Source: Microthyrium microscopicum (Eukaryota). Taken from it: 64,000 nucleotides of DNA. Both the position numbers and the translations under genes were made by a program. This document shows positions 1-13,480 of the stretch, piece after piece; position 1 is the stretch's first letter, and each line of letters begins with the position of its first letter. The DNA lies in contig MU004233.1 in the NCBI GenBank assembly GCA_010405405.1, forward strand, positions 189,067 to 253,066, given 5' to 3'. A model generated the notes under the pieces. The model did not search any database and was not told where the DNA came from. It saw only the letters and a program-made list of their open reading frames with translations.

Positions 1-2
1 TA

Positions 3-377
3 TTACAAATCATCTGTGGCGGACTCATGTCGGAAGAACTGCAATTGACATTTGACCATTTCCGTCTTCATCGCAATGCCTGGCGTGCTCTTCAATCAAT
101 CGACAAGGAGAATCACGCAGATTTGGTCAAGTATTATGGCGGCTTGTACAAGGAGACTGAGAGCCAGCTACCGTTTGTAGTTGGGTACGTTTTCATGACT
201 GCGAGCGGCACGAAGCAACTTGCAGGTATTCTGCAACCGAAAAAGGAGGATGTTGTCACTAGCAAGATGTTGGTGCAGACTGCAGGAGTGTTCAAAGGAA
301 TGATTGATTCTGGCATTGGCGGTTTGGAGATCAGAATATTGGACAAAATGTATAACATAGCGGTGGAAGTTGAGTAA
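3..377 (+). CDS. Hypothetical protein, probably the 3' end of a gene cut by the window edge
   Basis: Frame open from base 3 through ATG 27 to TAA 377; no recognisable motif. Confidence 0.4.
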   Translation, partial: LQIICGGLMSEELQLTFDHFRLHRNAWRALQSIDKENHADLVKYYGGLYKETESQLPFVVGYVFMTASGTKQLAGILQPKKEDVVTSKMLVQTAGVFKGMIDSGIGGLEIRILDKMYNIAVEVE

Positions 378-1031
378 AAGGTGAATGTTACTACTCTACC
401 TAGAGTAGAGTACTCGGGGAGTTGAGAACAATAAATTCTATACAGAGAATCCAGGTGAACTACAACCATGCCAGCTCAGGACAAGACTGTGGGATCTGGA
501 TGAGCCTTGAAGTCAAACGTTAATCGTGACGGCTCCCCCTGTCGAGATTCGATGTCACCCGTATTTCGGAGCCTTCGTTAACAATGACAGGCTACTGCCA
601 GCTACAAAATCGAAGTCTAGAACTTGATCATACCAAGACATACTCAGTAGGACGCTTAATCACGTCCATCACCAACCTTCTGGAGAGCTTCGCAGCTTGA
701 ATGCAACAGTACGTCAGTGGCTGATTCTGTATCAACCAATGGCTTGCTCTCAGCCTTGCACGCCTCCAGACCTTCGACGATTGAGCCTTCTTGAAGATAG
801 CAAACATGCATGAAATTAGACTCACTTTCTCTTGAACCACAGAGACGAACCATACACCTTATGACAATTACAAACGACATCCCACTCGTGTGGATTCTAG
901 GCCAGGCACCATGCATGAACAATACTACCTTGCAGTTAGCTACAAATACTGCCCAGATCCTTGCTCAGATCGAGGTCCTTGAAAAAGCTTCATTTTTCCA
1001 AAATTGAGAAACTCCAAGATAAGTAGCAAAG

Positions 1032-2207
1032 ATGAAGATTGGATCGTATGCACGTATCGCTACTGTAGCTCTGTTGAGCACTTCGACTACAGGTCTCAAT
1101 ATCCTGTTAGGAAATGACGATTCCTGGGCTTCTGCCAATATCCGTCAGTTCTACAGTGCTCTCAAAGCTGCTGGGCACAAAGTCTTGCTTGTCGCTCCAG
1201 CTGTCAACCAGTCCGGCAAGGGAGGAACAGTGAGTTGACAATCCGCTTACTGGCAGAATTCAAACTGACCAACAATACAGACCGTCTTCGCGGAGTCGGC
1301 AAATCTCACTGGTCCAGCAGAGTTTAACACCGTCAAAGCTGGCGCCCCTTCTTGGGGCACTGATCCAACCGACAGTAACATCTGGTACTACAACGGCACA
1401 CCCGCAGCCTGCACATTCTTTGCTCTCGATTATGTGATTCCAAAAGCGTGGAATAGCACTCTTCCGGATCTTTTCGTCTCTGGTCCAAATGAGGGTAACA
1501 ACCTAGGCCCCTTCCTCTACACGCTCTCTGGCACCATTGGCGCCGCGTATGCTGCGATCGAGCGAGGTATTCCCGGCATCGCATTCAGCGCTGGCAACGG
1601 TACGCACCGCAGCTACACAACCGTCGCCAACGGCAGCACAACAGACGTCGCCGTATTGAACGCAAAGGCTGCCGTAAAGGTAGTTAACCAGCTCGCCAGC
1701 AGCGTCAAAAGCGGTCGTCTCCTACCATACGGCTATGGCATCAACGTCAACTTACCCGTGCTGAACAGCACCTGCTCCACACCAACATACACGCAAACCC
1801 GTCTCACAGGCGGCGCATTGGGCGATAAAGCCGTGCTCAACACCACAACCAACGTATTCACCTACGGCAACGATGTGAACGACCCAGGTCTAAATACGTG
1901 CATCAACGGCAACTGTAGTCTCCCTGGCGAGACGGATGTTGTGGCTACAAAGTGCAGCGTGGCGCTCAGTCCATTTACAATTGACTATGATGCGCCATCA
2001 TGTAATGGCGCGACTGACGTTCGTGGATACTTTAGTGCGCTTGTTGCTAATGCGAATACTAGTACTGCTGCCAGCGGTACCAGTGGGAATGGGACGACTG
2101 TGACTACTGGAGCGCCGGCGCAGCAGACTACAAATGCTGGAGCTGTTGTTGAAGTGAGCGGTTTGGGGTTGTTGGCTGGTGGTGTTGCTGCGCTTATGAT
2201 GTTGTAG
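1032..2207 (+). CDS. SurE-family acid phosphatase/5'-nucleotidase, secreted, probably GPI-anchored
   Basis: Signal peptide, NILLGNDDS, APAVNQSG, NGTPAAC, VSGPNEGNN and SGTIGAA motifs; intron 1230-1280 joins the two ORFs; Ser/Thr-rich region then hydrophobic C-terminus. Confidence 0.9.
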
Positions 2208-5200
2208 ATGTCATGATTTAGAATGAAGTTGATGAGAGATGGTGCATGGCCTGCCTTACCTTGATAGGGGATTACCTTGAACATAATGAATAAGAAGGTC
2301 AATGGACCATGTACATACCAATAAGACCTTTATGGTGATACTGCTGTGCGAGATGTATTTGTTAGTTGGAGCCTGGCGATGTGGATAATGCCATTGCTAA
2401 ACCATATCCATGGTGGCTTTAGATTTATGGTCTGCTCCAAACCGAGTATCAAATACTTTCACATACCGCGCATATGTCTTCAACCTGATCGCTTCTACCA
2501 GGCCTCACCGTTAGTCATCCACATAGCAAACATACCAGCATCGTCCGCAACTAAAGACTGCACTCGAAAACGGAGTACCTCCGAGAACTAGCGGCGATTT
2601 CCCACGGTCCGGCAGAGATCTCATTTCCGCACCTGTCATAGTGTCAAAAACATGCCATCTATTTCTCCGCATTTTGAAAAGGTTGACAGCGGGTGATCCG
2701 AGCAGATGGTCGACAGCTTGTGAGCTGCATATTAGGGGACCAGGGGACGTGCAAGCAGGTGACGCACACTGTATGTTTTGCGCGGAACGACAGAATTCGT
2801 AGCAGTCATGAGAGCGGATTATTTTTTGAGTTGTTCGCTTGTTGAAAAAAGCCATACAGAAATGATTCCCATTTTTGGAGGCTGGATCTGGCGCGCGCTG
2901 TCGGTAATCTCAAAGCTTGAGCTCGCTCCAGGTAAGGTATTTGTTTCGAAACTCTTTTGTTTGTATCTTTCTAGGAGCGATGAACCTTGAATATGGTGCT
3001 GTTTCTCGCAACGCTAGCTGGCATTTGCAGATGCTGAATTAAACTCAGATTTTGCAGCAAGTTCGCTACATCGTACGTGGACAAAACGTTGTCTATCAAA
3101 CGATGATTGATAGACGCCGAAGTAGGGCCAGATGGTCAGAGCTCCAAAGCTCCAACCGCTGAAGTGCTGCAGATCGAAGGCGTTTCTGTATGATTTAGCG
3201 GCGGTATGTCATCATCCGTACTGTAGACTGTGATGAAGATAGCAACATTGCTAACCAGAACCGGAGCTATATTTGCAGTTCTTTCAGCTTGATTCTTGAA
3301 TATTCACATCTTCAAAAGATCAAGTGGATTCCTTTGAACTTCTGGCAATACGATGGGCTGCGACAGGGTTGATTTGAAGGTAAGATCCTCAGCCTCATTT
3401 CCGAGGCTTGTCTTTGCTGGTAGATTTAGAGTGTGCATGCGACTCCGATCAGAATTGCGTACAAAGTGCGTTTGGTCCGGGATATATCCAAGTCGCTTTC
3501 CCCAGCTTTGGACAAGGTCACACGGATGATAGTGACCATGGGTTTCGGAGTCGGTTAACAGGTGTAAAAATCAGCAAAATGATTTACTCCAAGGTGTGAG
3601 AGATGCCAAGAATGCATAGGAGAGCAGATTGACAGTTTGCCGGCAATCCATTCGCTTGTCGAAAAAAGAGAATAGCCGAAGAAGCATGCGGCTCTTGGTG
3701 GTTCCGTTGAAGGAAAGGCTTGATATGTCAAGGATGTTGCTTGACGTGGGAAAAGGCCAAGAAATAAATAGAACCAACAGATCTGTTTGGACAAGACAAT
3801 TTTTCCAAAAAGGATGGACTGAGCACCCAAGCAAGGCGTGAGCAAGGATTGGATAAAATGGTAGAGAAGAGGTCGGAAAGGGTAATATCAAGCGTAGATC
3901 TCCGGTGCATGTTTTCTTTTGATGGTGAGCAGCAGTCGATCATCGAGACATGGGCAGCCAATCGGCATCTCCTGGTTGATGGTTTCCCAAGCGTTCGTTG
4001 GGTGGGACATCACATCAAGTGGTACTTTAGGACCCTTTGAACAGTAGCACAACGTATAAGGCTGGTGATGTAAGGCTAGATGATGTATTTTTAGTAGGAA
4101 AACGGTTGTCCAGCGTGAAAAGGACAAATTGGTTGACGCAACAAGAAGAGAAGAGCAGGTCGAAAAAGAGATCTGAAGGGGCTTTCAAGGGATCTCTTGG
4201 AGCCGATATTTGGCTTGTGGTAGCTCGTATCAGCGCGGCTAATGCCACCTCTTGAAGATGGGCGCTCGCGACATTTGACGCGAATATTGAAACAAATCTT
4301 GGATACATGACAGAAGGAGAGCAGCGATTTTGAGTCTTTGAGTAGACGCTTCTTGAATTATTTTTGGAGTACTAAGCAAGTAATTGTTGGGGTATATATA
4401 AAGTAGGTCGCGCATTAGGTGGTAGGCAGCTTGCCAGGTTAGGTAGGGAAACCCGAAAAACAGAAGCATAAGGGTAAAATGGTATTTTAGCATGGGAACG
4501 ATAGGCCTGCAGTGGTGAGAGCAAACAGGCTTTGAGCGCGAGAGAGCAGCATTTTGACAGCGCTTGTCTGGCCGATCTCATCTCAAAGCACTCTAGCGTC
4601 TGTAGATGCATACTTTATTGATCTTGCCCTTTATGGACATGGCATACATGGCGGATTGGTGGCACACAGCGCAATTGCTTCAAAGTGATGAATGAATGGT
4701 GGTGGAAGTTGCGATTGAGCGCGGCCTGAGCGGTTCTTTCCTTAACCCTGTCCTGCTTCTCTCCACTGCTCCACTGCTCCTGCTTTAAGCTTGTTTGCTG
4801 CTACAAACCCCCAACGCCCACTTCTACTGTAGGAAGTCGCGCTTGTCGCCCTACCACCAAAGTGCCTTCCTTCTGTGCATCCATTCGCTGGTTGTTCTTT
4901 CCCCAGAACCCAGTCTGGCAGTCGCGGTCCACCAACATCGGCCTTACTTCCTTCCCTCCTTTTTCCTTCGCCATCAACTTCAGCTGCCCTCTCAACTTCA
5001 TTCCATATTCTTTGACCCAACCATACACCATACACCATACACCATACTATCCTCTTATATTCCTCTTATATTGCCTCTTTTCTAGTCGTTTTATTACGCC
5101 CTTTGGGCATCTGTAGGAATCATCTATTTACCTCGAAAGCGCGCCCTCATATCTTTGACGTAACTGGCACCTTGGTACGCTGCTGGCTTGTGCTGCCGAC

Positions 5201-5459
5201 CACCCGCTCAACCTGGCCCACCCGACTACTCGACTGGTCCCATCCCTTTGGCTCTGACGTTCTTTTCGACTGCTTCCAACTCCATTGAACCCTCGACGTC
5301 CACCTCTGTCCTCCCCTATCCTATCCTCACCATCCCAATACCGCCATATTCATCGACCACCCACCTGCATCTGCCCGTTCCGTCTGCCGTTTCGTGTGAC
5401 GACCTCCACCATCCCCCCCGACTCCCTCTGTGCGCAGTTCCACCCTCACATATATAGCC

Positions 5460-8059
5460 ATGGAGCAAAGTTCAGGCGGAAGCGCCGCCAACTCGAGCGA
5501 CTTTGTATGTTGTGCCCTCAATGGAAAAAAATCAATGACACGCTCCCATCGACTTCGACATTTACCATCATACTTGACGTGAAAAAACACTTTTTACTTC
5601 CAAGCGCATCCCGTAGAGCATCTATGGTTGTCGCATTCAATGGAAATAAAGCACGTGGTATTCAAGCTTAGTTGATGGTAGACATCGCACATATCGGGAG
5701 CGTACCATTTATTGTCTAACTATTGCCTTCTCTGCATTGTGCTCTATATAAACTTATCGCTAATGTCTGCTACAGGTGCGCAAACTTTACAAGTACATCT
5801 CCCTTCCGCTGCGCGATCGCATCCTGAATATTTCAGCTCTCCACGATGTCTGCCAATAGTTCTCCCAAAAACAGAAAAGGCTCTACTTCCCATCTTTTGC
5901 GTCGGGTATTTGGAAGTCTTTCGAATACGATGGGAATTGGAGCCTACTTTCTTGAAGAATGGTCATGGCAGACATTGAAGTCGTTGGAAGCACCACTCAA
6001 ATGGCTCGCTTGTCTCATCATCAAAAAGTCGCACAATATGTAGATCACAATTGCTAACATCATGTTTACAGAATGCTTGAGAATGGCACAGACGACAATG
6101 TAGTGCGCTGGGGAGATCAAGGCGACAGTTTTGTTGTATTGGAGGTACGTACCTTTTGTCTCTTGCATTCCGTTCCATTGCGTTGGAATCTAACGACCAC
6201 AGAATGAGAAATTTACAAAACATATTCTTCCGAAACATTTCAAACACAGCAACTTTGCTAGTTTTGTGCGACAACTCAACAAGTACGATTTCCACAAGGT
6301 TCGGCATAATAATGAGGAAGGAGGTGGTTCGCCGTATGGCCCAGGAGCCTGGGAATTCAAACATCCCGACTTCAAGATGAATAACAAGGATGCATTGGAT
6401 AATATCCGACGCAAGGCTCCTGCGGCTCGGAAACCGGCTCCACAGGCTGAAGATATGCTGGTCCCGACGCATCAAATGGATATGCTCAATAGTCAGCTCA
6501 CCGCAGTACAACAACAAGTTCAAACACTGGAGAAACAAAATCACGATCTGACAATATCAAACTCCCTTGTGGTCCAGGAACTGATGAATTTACAAAAGTT
6601 TGTCACAAACCACGAACACGTACTACAAAATGTCGTCAAGGCTTTGGGCGATTTAGATGCCAAGAGACGGAGGGAAAGCAAAATACTATTCCAATCGCAT
6701 GGAACAGAAGTTGCGGGTGGTCCTTCAGCAGCTTCTCAACTTGCCGCAATTGAAGATGAGGCTCCGCCATCTCCTCTCCAGCATGCATCAAAACTACTGA
6801 ATGAAACCAACTTGGACGTGCTGATGAACACACGGAATCTGGAGCAGATGAACGAAATGTCATTGCGACTGAATGGAGCCGGGGGCATGCCGTCACCGTC
6901 TGAACTCAATGGTCGGGGGTCATCAGGTAGTGGCCCTCCGTCTGCTGGATCGACTGGTACTATGCGCTTTGCAGAGCTCGATCACTTGGTGTATCCTGTC
7001 GGGGGCACTAATGGTATCAACCCGATGTATCCGGAACATTCCAACAATATTCCATATGCGATCAACGAACGGGCCTTGGAACCACAACATTTACAAGTAC
7101 AACATCCTCCCAAGAAAGGCGCAGGGATGTTAGATCCTGGCTGGATCAGACAACCAGAAATTCTGCTTGTTGAAGATGATCAGACTTGTCGAAGAATTGG
7201 CTCCAAATTTCTTTTGGCATTTAATTGTCATGTCACTGCTGCTGTGAGTTTGACTTTTGTACTTCGCGGCAGACTGAAGCTAATCAGAATCAGCATGACG
7301 GTCTTCAAGCAGTGGAGAAGCATCGAGAAAATAAGCAATATGACCTGGTACTGATGGATATTATCATGCCAAATCTGGACGGCTGCTCGGCTGCGCATTT
7401 TATACGACAGCATGATCAAACCACACCAATCATTGCCATGACATCTAACATACGAAGTGATGACATTGCTGCATATTATAACCATGGTATGTAGCTGTGA
7501 AACTTCTTTCTGGATCAACGCACTAATCAATTCAGGCATGAACGATATTCTTCCCAAACCGTTCACAAAAGAAGGATTGCTTCAAGTTCTTGAGAAGCAT
7601 CTCTTCCATCTTAGAAAACCAGAAGGATTACATGCTCTCTCGAATCCATCTCCAGCTGCGCCTGTCACAGCGATGACACTACCCCGGCCAGGTGGTCTCA
7701 AAGAGGAAGACTCCCCGCAAAAGTCGCCTGCCACGATATCTTCTTGGACCAATTCACCAAGTCACACAACCCTCCAAGGCATGTCCCCTATTACAGTTGG
7801 CACCTCAGTGGGAACTTCAGTCGGTAGCGTCGCCCATGACGAATATACGCATATGGCAGGCATGCCATCTCCCTATGGTATTCCCCACCCTGGACATCCC
7901 TCCGCTATGCCACAATTAGGTCCCAATGGAGTCCCATATACACCCACCGGTCCACCGAGGCGGCATATAGATCAGATAAGCGGCGGCGAGGACATCAACA
8001 TGGCAGCCAAGCGACAGCAAATATACGGCGCACCTCCTATGAACCTGGGCCGACGATGA
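5460..8059 (+). CDS. SKN7: Stress response regulator Skn7/SrrA (HSF DNA-binding domain, coiled coil, receiver domain)
   Basis: Manual splicing: exons 5460-5504 (MEQSSGGSAANSSDF), 5776-5792 (17-nt VRKLYK), 6072-6144, then 6203 onward (FKHSNFASFVRQLNKYDFHKV); receiver motifs LLVEDD, YDLVLMDIIMPNLDG, LPKPF; further introns near 7244-7292 and 7487-7535. Confidence 0.95.
5519..5725. mobile_element. Degenerate MITE-family copy within SKN7 intron 1
   Basis: Starts CAATGG, ends CTATTG; contains GCTCCCATCGACTTCGA identical to the 44182 element and a complementary GGGAGCGT near the right end; ~207 bp; TSD not clean. Confidence 0.6.
5844..5977. repeat. Long imperfect inverted repeat in SKN7 intron 2
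   Basis: ATGTCTGCCA...TGGCAGACAT and AGGCTCTACTTCCCATC...GATGGGAATTGGAGCCT. Confidence 0.7.
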
Positions 8060-8977
8060 AAATGAAATAAAAAGTGTATTACGATCCTTTCTCAAAGTTT
8101 CAGAAACCCATCCTGCATGCGATGTGGCCCAGTCATGAACCACAGCGTTCAGAGCGACACAGCGATACTGCTTTTTCACCTATCTGGCATACCTCTAGGA
8201 TACCCCGACGTGTCTAGTTGATTCCCATCCTAGACAGGTATCCCACTCGCTCCAACCACGAATGTGCCCTGCTTGCCTTTCTTGCGCGCTGGTTTGGCGC
8301 TGGTTTGGCGTTGCTTTGGTCTTCTATTTCCAACAGATGCCTCTGGCTCTAATTGGCGTTGTACTTAATACCCGCGGAAACAGGGGAATATTGTTACCTT
8401 TTCATGTTTGCACTGCAAGTTTGGTTTGCTACTGTGCTTTTCTTACCATTTTAGACGATATTGTAGTTACCATGATGGAACTTTCCAAGGACTTGACTAT
8501 AGGAGAGTCGAGTATCCCTTCTACGGAAGTGCCATGTCTGGGGGACACTGGGGGCCTTGAGATTGGTTTCAATGGAATTTTCTTCTCCAATCTTCCACGT
8601 CTAGTCGATGTGTACCTATATATATGCCATTAATGAAGCTACTTTCTTGATCATTGAATGTGCTTTTTAGTGTAATATCTAAGATGTTTTGCTTTTCATT
8701 AATTGTAAGTGCTGGTTTAAGGACATTACTCTATATACGTGCGACTTTTTGCTTCATCCAAATCGTTGCGACCTGTGTTACGTGCCACGATCTTTCCAGA
8801 TGGTCCTTATATCCCAACTCATTACGTGCTCCCCTTCTCATAGCCAGAAAATAGAAATGCCAGATATTTCCAAAATCCCTAGTCATACACCATCTTCACC
8901 TCTAGCACTTTCAAGCGCATCCATAGCTGTGTCGTCATTGTGCCCCATCCACTTATTCCTCTCTCAGTCTCGTCTTC

Positions 8978-10215
8978 CTAGCTAGCCCCAGCCAAAGTAT
9001 GCGTCCCCATCCCCATCCCCGGCCCAGGTCCCTTCCCATTCATCCCCGTCACAGCCTGATGTGCGCCCAGTGGACCCGCAAACGCCGCACTCGAGCCCGT
9101 TAACGGCGGACTCGGTAGAACCCCCGCCCTTTGCGAGAGCGGCGAGTTGGTATTGTGTTGATTCGCGTACTGGGGCGTCGGTTGGCTATATTGGACTGGC
9201 TGTGTGTATTGCAGTGGTTGCGCGTAGGTGTGTGGTTCTGTGGCGAGGGGTTGGCTGTATTGGGGAGATGTGTATTGCGCGGATATGTATGGCTGGCCTG
9301 GAGAGTTGTATTGCTGGGAAGAACTTTGGGAATGGGTGGTGGCTTGCGACAGGTGGGAGTAGGTGGATTGGTTGTGGTTGAGTTGCTGGGGCGAGCCGGT
9401 TGTTGTTGGTGGGGAAGTTGATATTGAGTGCGAGGCGCGGTGGCTGCGGACGTTGGGGAGTGGTGGATGAGTGGGTGAGAGGGATGATGGTGAGGATGTA
9501 CCGTTCAGTGTGCGGGAGCTGGAGATGTTAGCTTTGTGGATGGAATTGTGGGATGATGTTGGGTTTAGTGGTACCTTTTTGATTTCCGTAGATCGCGGTG
9601 GAAGAGACGTGCTAGTTTTGAGCGCGGCTTTTTGTCTTGCTGAGGTTGCTTGTTAGATATGTGTTCAGCAATGGTGTGTAGGATGAGTTACTTTACCTCG
9701 TTGGAATATCCATTGCTGTTGGTCACGGTCACATCACTCATGCCGTCGCGAGCATACATGCCATTGCTGCTGCTCTCAAGCATCTGCACTGTAGGTGGAA
9801 ACGAGCGCTCCGTATCGCCGCATACCACGACGAACCAGGCCACTTTCTCGCCTGGTGCGAATTTGTCGCGAAGGTCAACCATGGCACCCCACGCATCGTT
9901 AGTGACGCCTTTGCCGCGTACTTCGTCGATATCGATACCAAGCTTAATCTCATGCACTATGTCAGCGACGTAGGCAAAAGGTTGGCTTTTGGCCTCAGCG
10001 GAGTGGTCAGAGGGATCGTATTGTTCAATGAATTGTAGTGTGGGTAGATGGTGTGTGATTTCGGGATTGGTGGAGGCCAGATTCGATTTTATCGCGCGTG
10101 TTGTGCCGGGTGCCATGAGCCATTCTGCGGCTGCGTCGTCGAGATTATTGAGGATGATATGTATGCGGATAAGTGGCCGTGGCCAGCGAAAGCCGTGAAG
10201 GAGGTATGTAGGCAT
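8978..10215 (-). CDS. FlbE-like developmental regulator family protein with a Pro/Gln/Ser/Tyr-rich tail
   Basis: N-terminus MPTYLLHGFRWPR...IRIHIILNNLDDAAAEW and FIEQYDP resemble FlbE-type proteins; two introns (~9696-9640, ~9572-9519) give an open frame to TAG at 8978-8980. Confidence 0.7.
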
Positions 10216-12781
10216 TTTAAATGGTTGAGAAGGTATAGAATTACGAATTGTAGGGATATTTGAGACCAATTGGTGTAGAAATACGATTATGCGATGTCTC
10301 GTGTCAGACTGAAAAACGACGAGCGTAGCGGAAAAAGGCCGGTTCAAGAGAGAGAGCGGAGGAGGTTGGCCAAGTCCGAAAGGTGGAGTCGTCTCCTGAT
10401 TCTTGTACTTCTCGAGAATCGATGCAAAATGAGTTGGCTAGAAGCGCCTCCTGGAAGAATGCGTCTATCTCCCGTCTTTTCAGATATGGTGGAACAATAG
10501 ATTGTATCACTGTTGTTGCGCACGGCTGTTCGAGGTCGGGCCAACACTTTTTCTCAACCTCGTGCTCGTTCGACTTTCCAGAACACCAATTGTTTCTCCT
10601 CTCGTTATCCTCGAGGACTCCAAGATTCTCTAGTGCTCAATTATTCCGGGTTCGCGTACGCGCTGATAGGATGGTAGTATCTGCAGATGGGCTGACACGG
10701 ATTCGGCGACGACGGCAATCGATGCTGGATCCCGAAGATGCAGAGGCGGGCGCAACCGTGACACAACAGATACTAGCTTGTGGATCGCAAGCTCGCAATC
10801 GATGGCTGGACGTCCGGGAAATTATGCCAATCTTCGAAGGAGAGGAGGGCGAAGTGGCAGGAAGCGGAATATTGCGATGTCGAGGGAAGTGAAGTCGCAG
10901 AGTGGTGTGCTCGTAAAAATAGCACACGCGTCGTCGCAAAGGGTTTGTAGAGTAATTGCGAGAAGAAACACCAGTAATAGTGTCAGTATAGAAAGGAAAG
11001 GGTGTAGAAGATGTAGTCGGAAAGGAGAAAAGTAGCCGATAGAGTAGCAACAACGACGTCTGGTTCCTACAGATCGTTGGCGTGGTGGTTTTAACCTTTA
11101 AGGAAAAGTAGACGAAAGAATACGAGGTCCAGCCAATCGTCCTGAACGGCAGCACGAGTTTTGACATGCGCCACTATTTGGCCCAGAATGGATTGTATGA
11201 AGGGTTTTTTGAATTTGGTATTTTCTAGCTTGGTTTTCCCGACGATTCTCATAAAACAAGGAACCACAGCTGAGCCAAGAAAGCCCACCACGCGTTGATC
11301 CAGAACAACTGTTTCATATCTGTTTCTTGCTGTGCTTGGTGAGTACATAAATCTTCCGCTTCCTCCCAACTGCCATCGTGATTCGTCGCCTGTCATGCAC
11401 AGTAGATCTGTCGATCCTCAACGCCTACCCGTGCCATCATCGCAAGATCTGAAGATCTTGATCATACAAATTGCGCTCTTCAAACCTAAAATCGGAACAT
11501 CGCGTCGATCTGATTTCTAGAAATCATCTAGAAGAGTTCGGCCCGAGTACAGATCGCGAACGGGAAGACTCAGGGGTAGATATCCGGTAACCTATTCGCA
11601 CTATTGACTGCAATGTTTACATTTTCCTCGTCTCGGCAACCTCTAACTTCTCCATCTCATCGCTGGCATTGAAAGAGTTCAATTTTCTTATCCAAGGTCC
11701 TTTTTGATCAACTATCGATACGATTAACAATAACAATCGACCCCGCCCGCTTCTAAAGCATACCACAATACAGCTTGGCTTCCTCGGTTCATCATCTCTA
11801 CTGTAAACCTAGACTACTGATGCCAGGCTTCTCATGGACGTGGGCTAGCCATCGATTCTCGAATACTGCTTATTGCGTCTTACTCTCAAAGTATCGCATT
11901 ACACTTCCTCAATGCTAGCAGCACTAGAAGGCAGCAACGACCGCCAGAACAACATCAGTCTTTGTTTGCTTCATTTTTGAGGTGTGCTAAGCAAGTATTG
12001 CATTGACCTTGACGAAAATCTACCCGTCAAGAGATTGAAGTGTTCTGTTGACATCCAGGCCTCCTACCTCTACGTTATTGTAGCTGATAGGCTTTCGACA
12101 TCGCCATGGACAGCTATAGCAAAGTAACATTATATCAAGCAAACTTGAATACTTCTTTCATTTTGACATGAATATAATCTTGGAATTCAAAGCGAACTCT
12201 AGAATTGAATCAGCCCGATAGACACAGCAATTCTGGAACCTCGCATACAAACTCCCAAAGCAATCTAAAGCTGCAAGTATCGTCAAGCGAGACTGATAGC
12301 TGCTGCGCCTCCTTTCTGGAAGCTTTCCGGAGTCTTATCCGACAAACATGCCACACAACCTTCCTCAGTGACAAGAACAGACCACTAAGCCAGCTTCATG
12401 CAGTAGCGGGGCTGCCGAAATACCTTGAGGTTCCAAAAGCAAAGCGAGCCTACCTACGACTCTATCCACTCAAACATCGTGGGAATATGCAGCTAGTTCA
12501 TATATCAGCAAAGTGATTGGGGTAGGTAAGCTATCTCAGCTTGATATGGTACAAGCCAATGCTGCGCGTCCAATGGCGCAACTTCTCTGGAGTAGCTATC
12601 TCGTTTCTTGAAGTCCAAATGTTATCGCAAGAACGATAGACGGCGTTGTATAAAGCTGCCATATCTCTTGTTTGAGTAAGGCTTTCTTTCAGCACATCTT
12701 GCAAAGTTCCAATTCGGTTCACAAATCTTTATCGAACTCCTCTTATCTAACCACTCCCTTTCCTCCCAAACAACCACTGCC

Positions 12782-13320
12782 ATGGATTTCATGAAAGAAG
12801 CACAAAACCTCGCCGGCCAATACCAACAAAACGGCGACAACTCCGAACTCATCGACAAAGCCAAAGAGCTCGTCAGCCAATACGGCGGCAGCACAGATGG
12901 CGACAACTCAGACCTTATGGCTCAAGGTCAAAAGCTAATGGGCCAATTCGGTGGCCAGCCAGGCAATGGCGATAACTCTGAGCTGCTCAACAAGGCCAAG
13001 GGACTCGTTAGCGAGTATGGCGAGAAACAGCCTGGTGATAACTCTGATCTTGTCAATCAAGGAAAGGGTCTGATTGACCAGTTTGGAAAGTCGGATGGCA
13101 GTGATCAGTCGGAGCTCGCTGATAAGGCGAAGGAGTTGGCTGGTCAGTTTGGTGGAGGTCAGGATACAGGGGATTTGCAGAGTAAGGCTAGTGAGTTTTT
13201 GGGGTCGGGGAAGTCTGAGGAGGGAGGTGATATTGGTGGTCGTGAGTACATTCTTAGCTTGCTATGAGAGATCGGGTGTGCTAATTGTCTACAGAGATCA
13301 ATAAGTTCCTTGGCAACTAA
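12782..13320 (+). CDS. Small hydrophilic repeat protein (LEA/hydrophilin-like)
   Basis: About six ~22-aa repeats (GDNS[ED]L..[KQ][AG]K.L..[QE][YF]G); upstream TATAAAG ~12648; intron 13242-13294 gives the end QINKFLGN*. Confidence 0.75.
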
Positions 13321-13480
13321 AGTCTTGAAAGACAATGCTACGATGATCCCATCAGCCTGCGATTGGAGCTGTGACATGGAAGTACACCGGTGGATATGAC
13401 ATTCTAAGATAAGATTTAGCTACAGCAATTGCAAGACTCAAACAACATCTCACGCTTATGAAGAATTTACAAGCCTATGA

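Noticed and set aside
2300..4700. Several short ORFs, possibly a decayed minus-strand gene (TATA near 4395, ATG 4308)
   Set aside because: No recognisable motif or consistent splice model.
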